This document shows, piece after piece, positions 59,320 through 64,000 of a stretch of DNA of 64,000 nt. This DNA is from Cladosporium halotolerans (lineage: Eukaryota). Position 1 is the first letter of the stretch; every line of letters starts with the position of its first letter. The translations under genes and the position numbers were made by a program. The notes beneath the pieces were generated by a model, which had not been told where the DNA came from, did not search any database, and worked only from the letters and a program-made list of their open reading frames with translations. The stretch is from positions 744,001 to 808,000 of the forward strand of contig NW_027191456.1 in the NCBI RefSeq assembly GCF_011745625.1, written 5' to 3'.

Positions 59320-60217
59320 GGTGAGGCGTGTGAGCTGCACGGGTAAAGAAAGGAAGGGCAATGGAGTCGATGGCATGACAACTTTGCCGGCGCATTTCTT
59401 GGGCGCTTTTGTCTGACTCGGAATCACGGGAAGTGAAACGATGTAATGAAGATGAAGTGTGATGGAAAGCCACAGTCAATCGCTGTGTGGACATTTTCAT
59501 TCTCGTGCTCTAGAGCAGGTCGGAGATTTCTCCAACACTCAAAAAGTCTTTGACAGGCATCATGAGATAGAAGGCCTCCTCCGAGTCTATGTATCGAAAG
59601 AGCCCAACTACGCCACCTCCAGCTTTCCTCTTCCGCCGCAATCTATTCCTAATCTAGAAAAGGATGAATGTCTCCGAAAGTCAGGAGAAAGAGCGGAAAT
59701 GCGAGGCTGGTATCCTCGAGTGATGAAAAGAAGAGAAGTAAAGATGTAACGAAGAAAAAGGTACAGCGAGCGGTTATCCGTCGACCCTATCGCGCGCCTG
59801 GGTTCGCGAGTTTGTGTCATCGATTCAAAAAGATGCGTCAAACGAAGAAACGAGAAGGGGATATTTCGTATGCGTGGGTGAGGCGGTATAAACCCGTCGC
59901 CTCCCTGTGACCAAACAAAAAAAGAGCAACTGCCTGAAAATGCAAGTCGAGGGTGATAAGTATGCCCGTGGTGTAAACGCCGGGACATGCCGGTCCAGTG
60001 TGTTCGTGCGGCCTCGCGCGCGGGACGAGTCTTTGTTTGGCTCTGCGAGGGTCGCTTTCTTTTTGCTTGGCATGTCGAATCCAACGCCTTCGCTTTGTAA
60101 ATCAGATGGGAGGAAATGCTTTTGCGATCCAAGGGTGCAGATTGAGAGGTGCGAAAGGAATAGGCCGTGGGATGGTCGCGTCGGTTGGGTGGGTTTGTCC
60201 AGGTACAACGACGGCGC

Positions 60218-60796
60218 TCATCGGCTCGTCGGCCTCGGTCCATTGTTCGCCTGGCTTGACCTTGTGCTGTTCCGACGATTCTCCTCACGTATCAGCCTCT
60301 CGACTAAGTCGTTTGGCTCTCCATTGCCCGTCTGCCTCGCGCCCGCGACGAGGTAGCCGTCCTGCTGCTCGAGCTCCAGCGGCGTGACAGGACCGGGGCT
60401 GCCTAGCGGGGCCAACCGAGGGCTCACGGGCTTCTCGTCCGCCTTGCCATTGGATCTGGCGGCTGTGGCGACGGTTTGGTGATGGTACATGAGCAGGTGC
60501 TTTTGCGCGTCCGAGTACATGCGTTGGTGGGCGCGCGGCGAGACGGGCGGGTTGGCGATTCCCTCGTCGGGCGTGGCTTGCATGCTGCTGTGGGCTGAGG
60601 GGTAGTTGGCGGGGTGGAATCGGGGAAGCGAAGGCAGCTTCAGAGAGTGGGTGTTGGCTCGACGGGAGCCATTGCCTTGTCTTGGGTTGATGGTGCGAGG
60701 CGAGGGTGGCTGCAAGGTATCGAACCGCGAAGGCTCGTAGCGGGGCGATAGAGGTGAGGTGGGACGCATGGCGGGTGAGGACCGGGGCGAGGGCAT
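60218..60796 (-). CDS. Ser/Pro-rich fungal hypothetical protein of ~192 aa
   Basis: First in-frame ATG at 60796. Short motifs LKLPSLPRFHPANY and SPRLAPLGSPGPVTPLELE look conserved within otherwise disordered sequence. Confidence 0.7.
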   Translation of the reverse strand: MPSPRSSPAMRPTSPLSPRYEPSRFDTLQPPSPRTINPRQGNGSRRANTHSLKLPSLPRFHPANYPSAHSSMQATPDEGIANPPVSPRAHQRMYSDAQKHLLMYHHQTVATAARSNGKADEKPVSPRLAPLGSPGPVTPLELEQQDGYLVAGARQTGNGEPNDLVERLIREENRRNSTRSSQANNGPRPTSR

Positions 60797-63700
60797 CCTC
60801 GACGTGGAGGCTGAACGGAGAGGCGAGCGACCCGGGGACAGGCCTCGTGAGGGAGCCACCTTGGGGAGGAGGGTGGGTGAGGGCGGCGGTAGTTGAGGAA
60901 TGGTGGGCGACGTTGGCTGTGGTTGTCGGATTGTCGTGGGAGGAGTGAAATTCAGGCGGTGGCCAAGGGACGCAAATAGCAGTTGTGGAGGAAGTGGATG
61001 TCAAGGCCGTTCTGCGGGCGTGGGGCGAGCCGAGTTTTTGATAGATGCCGGCCGAGAGGAGTGGAGGATCGAGGGGCTATACTGCGGCAGTGGAAGGGAC
61101 GTTGGCGGGGTGGAAGCTAAGCAGCAGGCACGGGGGTGGCGACAGAGGCGGCGCGGTGGGAGCGGTAGTTAGGCGACGGCTAGTGGTGACGGCGCGCGAG
61201 GTGGTGATGGAGATGGGCAAGGGAGCAGCAGCAGGTGCAATAGCATAACTAATAAGTTGGCTAACGGGCGGGCAGGTGGGGTGTGAATATGACACGCGAG
61301 CTGGGCTGCCGGGGCGGGCGGGCGTAGGCCAAGCAGGGCAGGCGGGCAGTGAACATTAGTGATGCAGGCGCTCGAGGCAGCGAGCCCGACAGAGGGCAGA
61401 CTACTGCGACTGGGCGTCTGGGTCGAGTGCGGCGTGCGCCATTCGCCTGATCAGTCAATCATCAGTCGGAGCGCGCGGGCTCGTCAGGATCCGCGGAATC
61501 ACGCAGCATCGACGCTTGCCCGAGCCACGACCGCCGCCGGCATTCGTCCACCCACCAGTGCCACTCTGCTGCCACGCTCGAGCCGCCGGTACGAGCCTAT
61601 TCTTGCCGTGCCCTGCACCCGCGCGGCGGCGGAGTCTCGTGCGAATGATTATCCAATACTAGTACTGTAATGCTCATGGGTAGCTGCGGCGCTGGGCGCT
61701 GCTCCACGCCGCGTCTCGTCTCATCTGACGTGCGATCATCGACACGATCGCACCCGGCTCCGCCTGAGACCTCTCGACGACGTTGTTTGGCGCCGCCTCT
61801 GCTGTCTCACGCAGACCCTGACGACGCAGGTCTGCAGCGCACCAGCTGTAGCCGGCCAATTGCACCGCCGTGCCTGTCGCCGCATGGCGCCATGTGACAC
61901 TACTGCGAATGAGATGCGCCGGCCTGCCGTGGAGGCTGCTGCCCTGCCCTGCCTGCTCGTCCGGCTGCTCCTACGCGAGGGAGGCGTGCTCGCGGCGTGC
62001 TCACGGCGTGCACAACTCCTGCGCTGGGCGTCCATCCGGCGGCGCGGCAGCGCATCAGCGTGTGCAAATGGAATGCATCCGCTCACGTCGCGGCAGCCTT
62101 CGCGCCTTTCGTCACAGACGCCACAAGCGGCCTCCCGCTCTTGCGGCTGCGAAGCGTAATTCGCATCGGAGGCTGGCTGGCCGGCAAGGTAGGGCACCGC
62201 GGTAGGCTGCCGCAAAGGCGCAACTCTAAGACTCAGACAGCGTGGGGCTAGGACAGACACAGGCGGCATGGATACCAGAGCCTGCGCCCGCGTCCGCCCA
62301 GCGACCCGTGCCCTGCCGAAGGCCACAACAATGACGCCTGCAAGACGTCTTCACGCCGCGACGTGCAGCGACAACGCGGCGTGATCTTCGCGAACAAACC
62401 TTCACCACGCTACCACGTCCACCTGGAGCAGCAGTGGAGGGGAAAGGGTTACGCAGGTTCGCGCGGGGTGTCAGACGCTGCTAGCTGCTAGTCGTGCTCG
62501 CCGTCGCCGTTGCGCTGTTCGCACGACTCGATTCGTCCTCTGCGCGAATCTGCTGCCCTCGCATGTCGCACCCCACGACATTTACTCCGACCGTGTCACT
62601 CCGTCTCGCGCCGCGCATCCGACGTCAAGCCAGCCAACCACCGCCGCCCAGCTGTCCGTCCGGGCGTTCGAAGCCTCAATGCTCGCTACCAAGTCTACCC
62701 AGCATTCTTCCCAACAGCATGCTCCTCGCAGTCGCGCGCCGCCCAGGGCGCCTTTTAGCCTGCGACGATGACGGCACCTGCAGGCGAGCCTTTTGGCTTC
62801 TTCGACTGCAAGCCACCGATCGGCCGAAGATCACCGCGGATGGCAAACCCTCTGCGCGCCCCATTGTTCCGCGGCCTGCCTGCCTTTGCGCTTAGCAGAC
62901 GCACTTATTACACGTGAGTTTCGCCCGAGTGGGGGCGATAGGACGAGCGAGACGAAACGAGGGGCACGTCGTCACAGCCGTCCATCATCTTCGTGTTATG
63001 CCTATCGCGATCAAACGCCGTGCCCGCATCCCTTCCCTTAACGGGCAGCAAGCTATAGCCAGTTTGCTGTGCTGTGAGAGAGACCCTCACCTCCCCTACT
63101 TTCGATGCACAGGGCAGATCAGCAGCAACCAGCGCACGCATCCTTCCTCGCCTATAGTCGAATCCTCTTTGACTAAAAAATTCCAAACCGCGCCTAATCT
63201 CCCTTTTCGTCTTGGCGCAAGCATCAAACCCAACGGCTCCGAAGGTCTCCTCTCATTCTCTCGCTGCCTCACACACAGCACGCAGCGGCCTGCTGCTGCA
63301 CGCCTTCCCCACGCCTACCATCGCTTCAACGGCCAAGGCAGCGCGCAGTGCCGTGCTTGCCGGCGTGAGATCTTGGTTTTGGGAAATATGCAGGCGGTCT
63401 GATCCTTCCGCGGGGCAGGAGTTGGGTCGCACGCGCTGAGAGGCGTCCGGTACCGTGATTTTCTGTTGCACAGTGCTGTCGGGAGTCGGAAGTCGGGTTG
63501 AGGCTGGCGTTCGCCTGTTTTGGATGTGTTGCACCGCCTCTTGTCTTTGTGGTGTGTGAAAGCGGGTAGGTTGAGATCCGGAGATGCATATATTATTGTG
63601 TACCTTGGTAGTGTGATCGCTCTGTTATTATTATCGTTGATGGAGTGTTGTTGAGGTCTTGGAACTCTGATCATCCGTTTTGATGGCTCGTATTCGTTTC

Positions 63701-63801
63701 GCTCGCGCTGTGAACCAGAATCCGTTCAACGCTCCAAAGCGATCTATCTGTTTACTGTATCTCTTCTATTTTCATATCATCGTGACTCTAAATCAGGCCG
63801 T

Positions 63802-64000
63802 TCAGGCATCAACAACACCATACGGCGTCGCCTGCGCCGTCTCCAGGTCGATGTACCCGTACTTCTCCATCTTCGTGTCAGCGCTCATGCCCTGGAACCA
63901 CGTGCCCATATCCTTCTTGAACGCCTCCATATTCTCCTCCTTGCTCAGATCGATCGGCTCCTGATCCTTGCCCATCTGCCTGATCTGCGTGCCCGCCGCA
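63802..64000 (-). CDS. 3' end of a gene entering from the right edge (...MEAFKKDMGTWFQGMSADTKMEKYGYIDLETAQATPYGVVDA*), product not identified
   Basis: Stop-free frame with strong G/C third-position bias ending in TGA at 63802-63804. Confidence 0.7.
   Translation of the reverse strand, partial: AAGTQIRQMGKDQEPIDLSKEENMEAFKKDMGTWFQGMSADTKMEKYGYIDLETAQATPYGVVDA

Noticed and set aside
61000..63700. Numerous 60-200 aa overlapping ORFs
   Set aside because: Expected by chance in GC-rich non-coding DNA; no splice-consistent gene model could be built.

Overview
Eukaryotic, intron-containing, gene-dense fungal genomic DNA from a filamentous ascomycete. Protein style and the short GT-AG introns with CTRAC branch points suggest a Dothideomycete, but this is inference only. 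About 26 protein-coding genes can be reconstructed by hand. Most are housekeeping: BTA1 betaine-lipid synthase, RER1, enoyl-CoA hydratase, a TMEM16/IST2 scramblase, an SR splicing factor, ETF-QO, TBP, SEC17, MMS22/Mus7, UTP7, mitochondrial AAT, YPD1, a GT34 glycosyltransferase, GEP3 and fRMsr. The left ~7.4 kb is an accessory-looking module. It holds a secreted five-LysM protein transcribed head-to-head with a large killer-toxin-type (subgroup C) GH18 chitinase. After a dibasic site, the chitinase carries an uncharacterised ~335-aa C-terminal domain with an EH...NxxK pattern. This is the best candidate for an undescribed system, a chitin-targeted fungal toxin with a nuclease-like payload. Other notable signals are recurring strand-symmetric C/A-rich to G/T-rich composition switches that ignore gene direction, 5- and 6-nt micro-exons, an obligatory GC-AG intron, a 90-aa three-exon gene missed by the ORF track, and a degenerate ~78-bp tandem repeat with RIP-like substitutions. 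No tRNA, rRNA, CRISPR array or intact transposon was recognised. All calls come from reading the sequence; no searches were run.
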